A stretch of 63,859 nt of DNA, filler included, from Octopus bimaculoides (lineage: Eukaryota): NCBI RefSeq assembly GCF_001194135.2. It is 6 parts of 6 records of this genome, joined end to end, with 100 filler letters (N's around TTAATTAATTAA, not from the genome) between each part and the next. Parts side by side here need not be neighbours in the genome. Positions count along the whole stretch, not along the records: positions 1 to 18,780 come from NC_068982.1; 5 more parts are not named here. One strand, 5' to 3'. This document shows, piece after piece, positions 1 through 13,516 of this stretch. The notes beneath the pieces are model-generated. The model had not been told where the DNA came from, made no database searches, and saw only the letters and a program-made list of their open reading frames with translations. Each line of letters starts with the position of its first letter. Position 1 is the first letter of the stretch. A program made the position numbers and the translations under genes.

Positions 1-278
1 AGTATCGAGATGTGATTGTTTCAGTTAGTGGAATAGTTTCATTTTTAAAGTGAAAGTATTTGACATGAGTGTTTTTGTTTCACTTTTGACACGTAATACT
101 TAAATAGTGGAGGAGATATTATGTTGCCGTGGGCTCGAACTCTGCAAGAAGTTAAAATTGTTTTTTTGACTAAAACACAACTGGAACCCTAAGTAAGGCA
201 TCTGTAAAATTTGAATGAAATTGGTTGCGTAGTTCTCGAGTTTTAGGGATTCACACAGACAGACAGACACACATTCTC

Positions 279-290
<12 letters not shown>
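1..290. mobile_element. Possible non-autonomous Helitron-like (HINE/Lep1-type) remnant
   Basis: aaatttgaatgaaattggttgcgtagttctcgag...(CAGA)n...ttctcatttatata architecture resembles such elements. Confidence 0.35.
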
Positions 291-318
<28 letters not shown>

Positions 319-796
319 ATCAGGATAAAACAACCCTTCTCCTACACACTTGAAATAGACGCCAAAGGCACCAAGAAACTACCAAATAACTCCAAAGCAC
401 AGGTTGTAATCAGGCAAATGATAAAATACATATATGCAAAGTTTAGGTTAGTTAAAATATGTTAGTGACATATTTCAACTAACTGGTCAATTTACTGCAG
501 TTACCATAAAGAAACTTTTTTTTTGTGGTAAAAAGGTGTGAAAACACCCTATCTGTTCAGTGTCGCCATCTATCAGGATTCATAGACATCAATGTTTCTA
601 GCTTGTTGATGTGTGTGTGTGTATGCACATGTGCACGTTATTTAATAAACACAATATATGTTTTTATGTACTATTATTAGTTTCATGCACTAAGAACAAG
701 TCAAACATAGCTTTATAACATGTCTGAAGTAATATTTATCTCTCACCCGATGGAGTACTTTTTTTTGTTGATCTTTCCATCATGGAAACAGTACAC

Positions 797-836
<40 letters not shown>

Positions 837-1785
837 AGGGTCCTGTAAAGTTTCCATCTACAAAATTCACTTACAAGGCATTGGTTGGCTTAGGACTATA
901 TAGTAGAACATACTTGCCCAAGATGCTAAACAGTGGGACTGAACCTGAAACCACATGGTTGCAAAGTGAGCTTCTTAATCCACACAGTCATGTTTGCATC
1001 TATATCGCAGTAATACTCTAGAGGATCAGAATATATAGCCTGGCTTTTGTACCAAGCATTGAAGGAATATATAAATGAAAGAATACATGAATGAATGGTT
1101 GAGTGAATTGATAGAAAAAAATAATGCTATTTACAGAGAATTACAGCTGTTTAGAATCAGACAGCACAGAGAGATAGAGATTAGTAGCACTAAGGAGAAA
1201 AACAGGAAATTGATCTTATTCTTCATTTTCTATCAAAGAATCAAGACTAACATCATTGATTTTTTTTATTGCAAAGCACGGAGGAGTGAAGAAGTAGTAA
1301 ATTACAGATGTGTGAATATAGGAACCAGACAAAATATTCCAAGATTTACAGGACAGATATTCTAGTTTCTTGAGGCATAGAAAGAAAAATGGCATTTCAA
1401 TTTATAATGTACAGAAACACGTATAGCTGTATGGATAAGAAGTTTGCTTGACAACTAAGTGGTTTTGGGTTCAATCCCTCTACATAAAACCCTGAGCTGA
1501 CCAATGTTTTGTGAGCGGAATTGCTAGAGAGTAACAATATAGTAACCAATTGTGGGTGAGTGTGTACCATCATCATCATTTTTACATCCACTTCTCCATG
1601 GGTCAGACAGAATTCCTTTGAGTAGATTTTCTTACAGCCAGATGCCCTTCCTGTCACCAACCCTCACCTGTTTTCAAGTAAGATGATATGTCTCCAAGCA
1701 CAGAATGGAAATGAAGGACACAGCTTGAATGACAGTGACACTTGCTTATGACTATGAAGTGATACCAAGACAAGGAGACAGACAG

Positions 1786-1821
<36 letters not shown>

Positions 1822-2049
1822 TGGGGATTTTTTTCAGCCTCCATCTATCAAATCCACTCACAAGGCTTTGGCCAGCCTGAGGTTATAGTGAAAGACAGTT
1901 ACTCAAAGTGTCATGCAGTAGTACTGAACTTTAAATAAATAAATAAATAAATATATATATATATGTAAGAAATTGAGAGTAGCTTCTGAATTTTATTCCC
2001 CACATATGTATATATTTTCTCATTTGTAATGTTTTTCTTTGTGTGTATA

Positions 2050-2103
<54 letters not shown>

Positions 2104-2987
2104 TATATAATTGTTTTTCCCAAATAAGCTGCACTTCATGTTGGGGGATCTGATAAAGCTATAAGGTGATATTCAGGTACTTAACAATGAGTTCATTGCA
2201 TCTTATAGCAGAAACAGCTGTAAGCTAATGAAGTTCGTAACATAATCATTTATTCCTTTGTCATCTCAATTTCTTATTCTGTACTTGACTAACACTTCAT
2301 TCTGAAGCATATGTATATTGAGCTCTACACTAGGTTATTAGTATCGCAATNNNNNNNNNNNNNNNNNNNNNNNNNNNNNNNNNNNNNNNNNNNNNNNNNN
2401 NNNNNNNNNNNNNNNNNNNNNNNNNNNNNNNNNNNNNNNNNNNNNNNNNNNNNNNNNNNNNNNNNNNNNNNNNNNNNNNNNNNNNNNNNNNNNNNNNNNN
2501 NNNNNNNNNNNNNNNNNNNNNNNNNNNNNNNNNNNNNNNNNNNNNNNNNNNNNNNNNNNNNNNNNNNNNNNNNNNNNNNNNNNNNNNNNNNNNNNNNNNN
2601 NNNNNNNNNNNNNNNNNNNNNNNNNNNNNNNNNNNNNNNNNNNNNNNNNNNNNNNNNNNNNNNNNNNNNNNNNNNNNNNNNNNNNNNNNNNNNNNNNNNN
2701 NNNNNNNNNNNNNNNNNNNNNNNNNNNNNNNNNNNNNNNNNNNNNNNNNNNNNNNNNNNNNNNNNNNNNNNNNNNNNNNNNNNNNNNNNNNNNNNNNNNN
2801 NNNNNNNNNNNNNNNNNNNNNNNNNNNNNNNNNNNNNNNNNNNNNNNNNNNNNNNNNNNNNNNNNTTATATATATATAAATATATATATATTGATAATTT
2901 CATTTGACCCTCTGACTGATAATTGATGAGGAGTTGGCAACCTTCTGTGTCTGTTTCTCGTTTGCTTATGCATTTATAATGTTTTTA

Positions 2988-3065
<78 letters not shown>

Positions 3066-4256
3066 ATGTGTATGTGCATGTGTGTGTCTGTATGAGTGTG
3101 TATTTTGCAGTTATATATTAAATATATCACATACATAGTTAAGTATATAGGATGCTTAGCTCTTCTTCATGACATGAAGCAGTTGGTAAATAAACTGGCA
3201 TTTTATCCAGGTGTTTATCACAGACAACATTCCCAGAAGATCTTATAGCTATTAGACAGTTTAGAGAGAACCAAGACATTTAAACTATGTACACAAGCAG
3301 AACTGACACCATTGAAGAGAAATTTATCGATGGCGCTCCTATTTTGTCCATTTTATATTCTTTAGACACATTATGTACCCAACCCAGGTTGACCTTTTTT
3401 ATCAATTTATTTGCTGTTAGAGATAGTGAACTTTCTACTATGTCTATAAATCTATTAAGTAATTCCTTCTGTTTATATCAAGTGACTTCACCTGTGCACT
3501 GTTCAGATAGGCCAAACTGTGTGTCTACTCATTCACTAAACTATTTACACTGTATCTATAAGCTATAGGTCATGCTATGTATTTCCACAAGTTCATAAAT
3601 ATAATGTCTCAATACCCATTCTACCAATTTTATACTCAAACAGCCAGATCTGGCCTCTCATACCTACTCTACAATGTCATTCTAAAAATATACAAAAACG
3701 AAGACTGTACATTGTTTAATTTGTTAGAAAGACTTGCTAGTCATGGTTTTTTAACATGTTAGAAAGACTTGCTAGTGGACCTATGGTCAATGGTGTTTCT
3801 ACAGTAATCACATTAATGTTGAGAATTGTCGAAACTCAAAATAAACTACCCACATCAGGTGTGAGCTGTCAGGACACTACATCCTTCAATAATTCCATGC
3901 TTTCTGAAAAAATTCACCAACACTACTCCTGACGTGCCTACACACTTTTTCTTCTTTGTGGCCCTTTTACAGTTCACTTTTCTTTTTTTTTTTGTGTTTT
4001 ATTCTCTGTACTGTGCATGTATTTCTAGCATTCATTACTGCCTTTCTCCATTTGACTTACATCTTTGCTTTCTGTCCTCTTTTACATCATTTCTGATGAG
4101 TTGTTGTACACCTGAACTCTGTATACAATAAACCTTATAATTTTTCTTCTTTTTGAAGATGATTTATCTTGGATGACATTACCCAATACAACCTTCATTT
4201 TTTTTTTTATAGAAGAGAGAGGAGTGAGTTAAGGGAGACATTGCTGCTATTTCTAC

Positions 4257-4563
4257 CCCTTTAGTATTTAAACCAGCCATATCCAATAAAAATGTTCTAC
4301 CTATTTTATATTCAAACAGTCAGATCTGGCCTCTCATACCTACTCTACAATGTCAGTCTAAAAACATACAATCACATCAACAAAATCTCAAAGCTACAAG
4401 ATAATACAAGGTTAATTCAAAACAACATAAATAAAGACACAAACAGATATATATACATCTATATATACTGAACCCAAGAAAGGATGAAAGGCAAAGTGTA
4501 GAATTTGAACTTCATGGAATTTGAGTCTATTACACTTGACAAAGTAATCAAAATGCTAAAGGG
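4257..4563. mobile_element. piggyBac-like MITE with a nested SINE fragment
   Basis: Termini CCCTTTAGTATT / AATGCTAAAGGG(TTA). A partial second copy of the internal sequence lies at about 3615-3690. Confidence 0.6.
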
Positions 4564-5435
4564 TTACGTATTCCCTTATTAGTTTGTAGTCCTTGTAGTA
4601 TTCAACCCTTATACTCATTCATACTTTATTGATTTATCTAATAATTATTTATGTGGGCCTCTACATCTATGGGCAGGCCTGCATAAAAGTTTTAAAGTTT
4701 TTTTATGAAAACTGGCAGTTACCCATAAATGCAAGTCTCCCCTCCTCCACACCACTGATATTTATCCAAAGGAAACACCACTGACTTTGGCCAGAACAGT
4801 TTGGCTCCAGAGTCATTATACACATTGCTGTCAGAATTCAGACAACTGTAAGAGATACTACATCTTTACCAACCTTCTGACAGTTTCACCATTTCACAGC
4901 CTCACCCACCCAATGGACTGGTATATATTTTTTGTTAAACCCTGAAAGGTTAAAAGGCAAAGTCAAGCCTCAGTGAGTTTTGAGCTCAGATCACTAAGAG
5001 TCAGAACAAATATCATATTCACATTTTAACAACTCTGCCAATTCACTGCCAACTTATTATACTTGTCAGTTGCACATCTTTAGATGTGGACAGGAGCACT
5101 GGTCTCCAACTACTTCACATCTCTCACTTGTGGCTCCAACAAATTGGTGGCACACACTGATGACTACACTACAGTAATTCACTTTGGTTGGTGAGCAAAA
5201 CTATGTAGAAGATATCAGCAATCTCGGAAGAATTGCATCCACTTGTGCACAAAAACTGAAATGGCTGAACCCAATATGGTCAATGGCTCATAAGACATAA
5301 CAGCAAGATGTGTGGTACATCTAGGACATTCTCTTGACAGACTACAGACTTGTGGCCAGTCTCCATGGAAGGGATTGGGACCCCACCATGTGCCTAATTG
5401 TATCCATTGTAAAACAGGGATCTTAGACAACCTAA

Positions 5436-6818
5436 TTGGGTATCCTTGATATTCAACCTGCTGAATTGAAGGGCCTTAGAGTCAACCTAGCTAAAACCAA
5501 AATCCTAATAAGTAGGAAGGTAGATAAAACACAAACCCCTTCAGGTAGATGGCCCTGCTCAGTATGTAGAAAAGGAGTAGGTAGTAACTCTATAAGATGT
5601 ACCCGGTGCAAGCTATGGACACATAAGAGGTGCAGCAACATCAAAGGCAGGTTAACTAGCAAGTTAGTTTTTGTTTGTGGCAGATGTTCAGGTGCAATAA
5701 AGACTGCAAACAAACAGGAAACAACTTCTATCTCATTCCAGGGTGAAAAACTAGAGGTAGTCGATAGCTTCNNNNNNNNNNNNNNNNNNNNNNNNNNNNN
5801 NNNNNNNNNNNNNNNNNNNNNNNNNNNNNNNNNNNNNNNNNNNNNNNNNNNNNNNNNNNNNNNNNNNNNNNNNNNNNNNNNNNNNNNNNNNNNNNNNNNN
5901 NNNNNNNNNNNNNNNNNNNNNNNNNNNNNNNNNNNNNNNNNNNNNNNNNNNNNNNNNNNNNNNNNNNNNNNNNNNNNNNNNNNNNNNNNNNNNNNNNNNN
6001 NNNNNNNNNNNNNNNNNNNNNNNNNNNNNNNNNNNNNNNNNNNNNNNNNNNNNNNNNNNNNNNNNNNNNNNNNNNNNNNNNNNNNNNNNNNNNNNNNNNN
6101 NNNNNNNNNNNNNNNNNNNNNNNNNNNNNNNNNNNNNNNNNNNNNNNNNNNNNNNNNNNNNNNNNNNNNNNNNNNNNNNNNNNNNNNNNNNNNNNNNNNN
6201 NNNNNNNNNNNNNNNNNNNNNNNNNNNNNNNNNNNNNNNNNNNNNNNNNNNNNNNNNNNNNNNNNNNNNNNNNNNNNNNNNNNNNNNNNNNNNNNNNNNN
6301 NNNNNNNNNNNNNNNNNNNNNNNNNNNNNNNNNNNNNNNNNNNNNNNNNNNNNNNNNNNNNNNNNNNNNNNNNNNNNNNNNNNNNNNNNNNNNNNNNNNN
6401 NNNNNNNNNNNNNNNNNNNNNNNNNNNNNNNNNNNNNNNNNNNNNNNNNNNNNNNNNNNNNNNNNNNNNNNNNNNNNNNNNNNNNNNNNNNNNTGAGCGT
6501 GGCCGTTGCCAGTACCGCCTGACTGGCTCCTGTAGGATTTTCGAGCGAGATCGTTGCCAGTGCCCCTGGACTGGCTTGTGCGGGTGGCACATAAAAGACA
6601 CCATTTCGAGCGTGGCCGTTTTCGTGCGGGTGACACGTAAAAGCACCCACTACACTCTCTGAGTGGTTGGCGTTAGGAAGGGCATCCAGCTGTAGAAACT
6701 CTGCCAAATCAGACTGGAGCCTGGTGTTGCCATCCGGTTTCACCAGTCCTCAGTCAAATCGTCCAACCCATGCTAGCATGGAAAGCGGACGTTAAACGAT
6801 GATGATGATGATGATGAT
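5436..6818 (+). mobile_element. RTE-clade non-LTR retrotransposon, 3' part (RT end with PHD-like finger, gap, 3'UTR, (GAT)n tail)
   Basis: GLRVNLAKTK and LEVVDSF RT motifs flank a C4HC3 finger. 3'UTR ends ...ccaacccatgctagcatggaaagcggacgttaaacgatgatgat. The middle (5772-6493) is N. Confidence 0.88.
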
Positions 6819-7425
6819 GAGAGCAGATAACACTTAAGAACAGAATAGAACTATGGTTATTGTAATTAACAGATACAATGTGATACAACATTTAGTTTTG
6901 TACAGCCACATTTTGAGTCCAAATCTTGCTGAGGGGAGGAGGGGAGGAGGAACATGGAGAGGCGGAGGATGGGGAGGTTGGGAAGATGGGGAGGTGGGGA
7001 GGAGGAGTCACTTAATGTTCATTGTCCACACTGACTTAGGCGGGATAGTTTAACAGCATCCGATGAGCTGGAGGACTGCTTTGGCATGATTTCAGCAGCT
7101 GGATGCCCTTCCTAATATTAATCACTTTACAGTGTGCACTGCATGCTTTTCTCATGGTACCAGCACTAATAAAGATCAGCTTGCATGATACAAGACTAAG
7201 GGCCTAAAGTGGCCCTTATAACTGAGAGAGAAAGGGGAGGAGCAATGATTCTAAGTGGAGTGACATCACCAAATAACTCATAAGACAAAAAGAAAAAAGA
7301 AACCTGCCAAAAGCACCAACTATCTGTACACGAGAAGCATAGTCACACATTTAACAGGATAAATATCAGATCTGTGAATAAACAAGGAAGCTACCCTGAA
7401 GACTTTTATCTGATTATTTCATTAC

Positions 7426-7485
7426 CTGCCTGCAATTTTGTTACCATGACTATTAACCAAACAACATTCTTAAAGACACTTTTGT
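7426..7485 (-). CDS. Candidate exon (KSVFKNVVWLIVMVTKLQA), phase 1-1
   Basis: Strong acceptor tctttcttttctttaccAG and donor GCAG|GTAATG, 60 nt, one open frame. No homology recognised. Confidence 0.25.
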
Positions 7486-7959
7486 CTGGTAAAGAAAAGA
7501 AAGACGGTCAACCAACTTATCTCTGTGACTTGACATGACAAAAAAAAAAGAAAAGGGAAGGAAAAAAAAAGCAATGTGAGAATGGCTAGAGTTAGGTCAT
7601 TCTCAAGTCAAACAAACTCTTATGACATTTTTAATTTCTGAGTATCACTTGAACAAGGAAATATATTATTCCCCTCTACTTACCATGTATATACACCAAA
7701 GCAAAGAAGCGTTATAGTTGTAACAACAACAGCAACAATAATAGTAATAACTGTATTTATTGCCACAAAGGCTTCAGAAGAAGCGAGATAATAATAATAA
7801 TAATATAAACCATAAAGGTTTATATTAAGAAAAACATTAAGGATGGCACAGAACAGAACATTGAATGTGTGTCTGTAAGTGTATGTTGTTGAGAGGGTTT
7901 TGCACATAAAAGTGTAATAAAATTTTAATAATGAGTATTCCTCGTTAAGGAGGAGGTGT

Positions 7960-8278
7960 TTGGGGGCTGCTCATGGAAAAATCCCATAAAACCACAGATA
8001 CCCTGACTTATGGAGCAGGTGCCTTTTCTCAGTTCCTTATCCCCAATTTACAGGTGCATGCTCAGGGCAGGCCCATTCACTTGCATCATGCTCACCACTC
8101 TCATCCAACTTTCAGCAAAATGGCTGGAAGGCAACACTTCTCTCTCTATTCTCATTTTCATCTTTAAGTGAAACTTGAAGAAATTGATGAGGGATTTGCC
8201 AAAGAGGAAGGTGTTTGTCTTCAGCCCCTTTGATCATGTCCACTATACAATCTCTTTTGCTATTGCTACTGGACACGT
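7960..8278 (-). mobile_element. L1/Tx1-like ORF2 C-terminal remnant
   Basis: AVFTCPVAIAKEIV*W (continuous across the SINE insertion)...NFFKFHLKMKMRIEREVLPSSHFAESWMRV..SMHL*. Assignment from recall only. Confidence 0.45.
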
Positions 8279-8665
8279 GGAGGCGCAATGACCCAGTGGT
8301 TAGGGCAGCAGACTCGTGGTCATAGGATTGCGGTTTCGATTCCCAGACCGGGCGTTGTGAGTGTTTATTGAGCGAAAACACCTAAAGCTCCACGAGGCTC
8401 CGGCAGGGGATGGTGGCAAACCCTGCTGTACTCTTTCACCACAACTTTCTCTCACTCTTACTTCCTGTTTCTGTTGTGCTTGTAATTCAAAGGGTCAGCT
8501 TTGTCACACTGTGTCACGCTGAATATCCCTGAGAACTACGTTAAGGGTAATCGTGTCTGTGGAGTGCTCAGCCACTTGCACGTTAATTTCACGAGCAGGC
8601 TGTTCCGTTGATCGGATCAACTGGAACCCTCGATGTCGTAAGCGACGGAGTGCCAACAACAACAA
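8279..8665 (+). mobile_element. tRNA-headed SINE (family A), full length, (CAA)n tail
   Basis: A/B boxes (TGACCCAGTGG, GTTTCGATTCC). TSD ctggacacgt/ctagacacgt. Inserted in a LINE remnant. Confidence 0.9.
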
Positions 8666-9135
8666 CTAGACACGTAAAAACTGCCTGATAATAATACTTC
8701 TTTCTACAATAGGTGCAAAAGCTGAAATTTGGGGGATGGGAGTCTTGTCTATTACATCAACCCTTGTGTTCAACTCATACTTATTTCATCAACCTTGAAA
8801 GGATGAAAGGCAAAATTGACCTCAGCAGAATTTGAACTCAGAACTTAAAGCTGGAAGTAATGACACTGAGTACTTTGTCCCTCATGTTCATATAATAATA
8901 ATAATTGTAATCATCATCATCATCACTACCACCAACACCAACACCATTATTATCATGAGAAATCATTAATATTAAAAGAATAAAGACATTATCATCATCG
9001 CCATCATCACAATTATCACTACCACTACCACTGCCACCACCACCTCCCTCCATCTTTACCTCATCATCATCTTCATCCTCACCACTATCATCCTCTTCAT
9101 CACCACAAGAAATTATTATTATATGAATAAAGAAA

Positions 9136-9191
<56 letters not shown>

Positions 9192-10069
9192 ACATATAAA
9201 TTGGCAATTTCAGTTTAAAGGTTTCTATGTCAAGAAAGGAAGAAGCTGAAATAGCTTTACAGTAATTCACCTTTTTTTTTCTTAAATAGTTTGTCATGGT
9301 ACAGCTCGTATCATATACACAAACATACTCACATGCACACAAAACACAAACATATAAACTGACACACAGTTATGCACACTCAAAATCAAACACACACACA
9401 CACACACAGCTATCAAGTAATTATAATCACTTGAAATTCTGGTAGTTTCAATGAATCTACTTGACTCCATTGAAAACAGAAATACCCTGAACATAACAAC
9501 CACACCAGCATACCAACTGCTCCAATTATTATATTTGTAATAGGCAAATGCATGGCTGTGTGATTAAGAAGATTGTTTAGCAACCACTTCGAGGCACCTT
9601 GAGCAAGTGTCTTCTACTATAGCCTTGTGCTTCTATAGCCAAGTGTCTTCTACTATAGCAAGTGTCTTCTACTATAGGACAATCAAAGCCTTGTGAGTAG
9701 AAACTGAAAGAATCCTGTCGTGCAGAAAAAAAGCACCCGGTACACTCTGTAATGTGGTTACTGTCAGGTAGGGTATCCAACCCCAGAAACTATGCCAAAG
9801 CAAAGATTGGAGCTTGACACAAGCCTGCTGCTCACTGGATCCTGTCAAACCATCCAACCTGTGCACAGAAGATGGGCATCAAATTGATGATTTGTGTGTG
9901 TGTGTGCATGTGCATGCATGCATGCATATGTACACATATGTGCTTAGATGGATGAGTGTATTTGTGTCTGTATAATTCATTAGTCTTCCCCTTGCCTCTC
10001 TTTGCTTCTTCACTCTGGCCTTTGACCTCCTGTTAAAACTCTTTCCACCTGGTTATCCCACTCCTTGGT

Positions 10070-10438
10070 GGAGGCGCAATGGCCCAGTGGTTAGGGCAGC
10101 GGGCTCGCGGTTTCGATTCTCAGACCGGGCGTTGTGAGTGTTTATTGAGCGAAAACACCTAAAGCTCCACGAGGCTCAGGCAGGGGATGGTGGCGAACCC
10201 TGTTGTACTCTTCCACCACAACTTTCTCTCACTCTTACTTCCTGTTTCTGTTGTGCCTGTAATTCAAAGGGTCAGCCTTGTCACATTGTGTCACGCTGAA
10301 TATCCCCGAGAACTATGTTAAGGGTACACGTGTCTGTGGAGTGCTCAGCCACTTGCACGTTAATTTTACGAGCAGGCTGTTCCGTTGATCGGATCAACTG
10401 GAACCCTCGACGTCGTAAGCGACGGAGTGCCAACAACA
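10070..10438 (+). mobile_element. SINE family A, second copy
   Basis: Highly similar to 8279-8665. 12-bp TSD ATCCCACTCCTT (10055-10066, 10439-10450). Small deletion in the tRNA head. Confidence 0.9.
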
Positions 10439-10789
10439 ATCCCACTCCTTACCTTATACCTCAAAGCTACTCTAAACATTTCAATTTTTTCTTGCCAAAG
10501 AAAATCTTTATTCAGTATTCATGTTTCCCCAACAGTACACAAATTTTATTTAAATTTGTGAATGATTTTTGTTAATGCAGGCTATGATAATGAGTTTACT
10601 GTATATAGTGCTCAGATATACTACAATGGACAAAGGATAAGACAGAAAGCAGTAGCAAAACAAACAAAAACTAATGAAAACTAAAGATACATGCAGAGTA
10701 CATAAGATAGAAACACAACAAATACAAAAACAAACAAAAAAATGTAAAAGAGCCATAAAGAGGTAAAAGAGTGCAGGAAGCATGGAAAT

Positions 10790-11200
10790 ATTTCAAGGAT
10801 ACAATATTCCAGTAGTTTTTGAGTGATGCAGGTAGTTTACTCCATGTTTCAATAATTTTAGGTGTAAAAAAAGTTTCCATGGCTGCTGGACTGTTTTTCG
10901 ATTTTATAAACATGGTTATGGACAGTAAAGATGTTTTTGAAAAGGTGGTCAAAATTGTTGGTGCAGAGATGGAGGATAACCTTGTTGGTCTGTACCAAGT
11001 CAGTTGCTAGATGTCAAAACTTTAGGATGTCGATACCCAGCAGAAGAATGAAAGTTAATTCTAGACACCTCAATTCACCTAACAATCAGGAATTCATAGC
11101 AAACCTTCTAGAAAAGGCTGTCTGGGATAGATTTACTCCTACCACAGGAGGCATTTCTTATTCACTTATTGCCAGTAAACTGTATGTAAGCTCCAAGAGG
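10790..11200 (-). mobile_element. CR1/L2 LINE 3' remnant
   Basis: The minus strand reads TDLVQTNKVI...ETFFTPKIIETWSKLPASL..SLKYF, like the CR1 C-terminal GDLI..YK / FFs.Rv...WN.LP motifs. Confidence 0.65.
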
Positions 11201-13183
11201 TTGAAGGGACTATTACATTTTCTTTTTTCCATCATCATTTAAAACCCATTTTTCCACACTAGTATGGGTTGGGCGATTTGACAGGGATCCAGCAGCCACA
11301 GGGTTGTATTGAACTTCAGTGTCTGCTATGGCATGGATTCTACAGCTGGATGCCCTTCTTAATATCAACTACCTCACAGTGTATATAGGATGCTTTTTTG
11401 TAACCAGCACTAGTGAGGTTGCCAGATTACACGCAAGACAAAAAAGTACAATAGAGGGATATAGAAAAAGAAACAAAGAAAAATATATCTTCAAATAAGT
11501 GGGAGGGAGAAACATTGAGAGTTGGGTGGTGGTTGTATGTATGCCGAGCATTGAGGGACTAAAATGTATGAAGGAGGGCAGCCCAGGAATTTTACTATAG
11601 AGGAGATACACGGCTACCCTGCATTATATAGAGGTAGGTGGGAGTAACTGGGAAGAAGATAGAGATGGTGGTGACTAGATACCAGAGCATTCCAAGGTAC
11701 ATGAAGGTGGTGTGAGGGGAGAGTGACTGATGGATAGAAATGGGTGTACAGGTGAATGTAGGGAGTGATGAACAGAGGTGGAAGTTCAGTTTGGATAGAA
11801 GTGGATCAAAAAGAAGAACAGATCAGAAAGCAGAGGGATAATGTGCAAAGTGCAGGAGTAGTATAAATACAAATGTTTATATAATATATATACACATTTA
11901 TACTTTTTATATGTACATTTTATATATGTGCAAAAGTTGATGTAACATCTATTATATAACTAACAAAATCATGAAACAGCTATAAATGAATGGAATAAAC
12001 ATCTATTCACTCACCTCACTTCTCTTACCTGTTCTATTTCTCTCTCTCTCTCTCTCTCTCTCTATATNNNNNNNNNNNNNNNNNNNNNNNNNNNNNNNNN
12101 NNNNNNNNNNNNNNNNNNNNNNNNNNNNNNNNNNNNNNNNNNNNNNNNNNNNNNNNNNNNNNNNNNNNNNNNNNNNNNNNNNNNNNNNNNNNNNNNNNNN
12201 NNNNNNNNNNNNNNNNNNNNNNNNNNNNNNNNNNNNNNNNNNNNNNNNNNNNNNNNNNNNNNNNNNNNNNNNNNNNNNNNNNNNNNNNNNNNNNNNNNNN
12301 NNNNNNNNNNNNNNNNNNNNNNNNNNNNNNNNNNNNNNNNNNNNNNNNNNNNNNNNNNNNNNNNNNNNNNNNNNNNNNNNNNNNNNNNNNNNNNNNNNNN
12401 NNNNNNNNNNNNNNNNNNNNNNNNNNNNNNNNNNNNNNNTATATATATACATACATATATGTGTGCGTGTGTGTATATATGTATGTATATATAGCAAATG
12501 AAAGACAGAAGATGGAATATACAAGAATATATTATTAATCACAACAATTGTTTCGACACATCTAGCATCAATTCCTCTTAGGTGAGATACTCAACAACTG
12601 GTTCAAGAGCATCTGGTGGGTCAGATATATCTCACTGGGTGATAAATAAATACAACTCGTTAAAATGATTGTTCCACAATGTAACTTTTCATTTTGTAGA
12701 GAGAAAAGCAGCCAGAAGGAGGAAAGATCTTCATTTATATAGAAAATCAAAAATAAAATCACAGATGACAAAAAGAGAAATGAATGTGCAATCCAGCGCG
12801 AAAAGTATTAAAAATAACCATTAACGGGTATGGATGTATAAATACCCTTGGGCAAACTGCATGGCGCGAGTACACTCGCTCATACAAGCATCCACAAAAA
12901 TGTGAGTATATGCACACATGAGGTTTGGTGCACTTATGATTACAAAGTGAGTTATTTATCAACTTGGTGTTTATAAGAATGGGGAGGTTAAAAGTAAACT
13001 TAAGTCATCCATACTTTAAAGTAAACTAAGTTAGGTTAACAGTTACATATATATATGCACACATACATACATATATATATATACAAACATACATACATAT
13101 ATATAAACACATACATATATACAAACATATTTACATACATACATACATATATACATACAAATATACATACATACAAATATTAA

Positions 13184-13516
13184 AGGAAAAAGAAAACAAA
13201 ATAATAGGATGAATATCTCAGGTCATTTAGAATATTTAATTAGAGTAAGGTGAATCAAAAATGGAGAGGTAGAAGTAATTAATGTTACACTGCTGTTTCT
13301 AGGATATCCCAGGTGATGGGCCAACATCTCCATACACTGCGTATTCCAAGGTATTCCCAGTGTATGGAGATGTTGACCCATCACTTGGGATATCCCAGAA
13401 ACAGCTGTAAGACATTAATTACTTCTACGTCTCCATGTTTGATTCACCTTGCTTTAATTAAATATTCTAAATGACCTGAGATACTTGCTCTGCCTTGGTT
13501 TTCTTTTTCTTTTCCT
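13184..13516. mobile_element. Kolobok-like foldback MITE
   Basis: TTAA|AGG...CCT|TTAA termini. The element is almost wholly palindromic, with arms of about 155 bp and a loop at 13340-13357. Confidence 0.75.

Noticed and set aside
1075-1365. 96-aa plus-strand ORF
   Set aside because: No recognisable domain, no splice context, and AT-rich composition compatible with chance.
8279-8350. tRNA gene (also at the heads of other SINE copies)
   Set aside because: The A/B boxes run straight into SINE body and tail with a TSD, and no complete cloverleaf is supported.
9604-9677. Triple CAAGTGTCTTCTACTATAG repeat as a regulatory array
   Set aside because: It is an internal slippage duplication within a SINE B copy.
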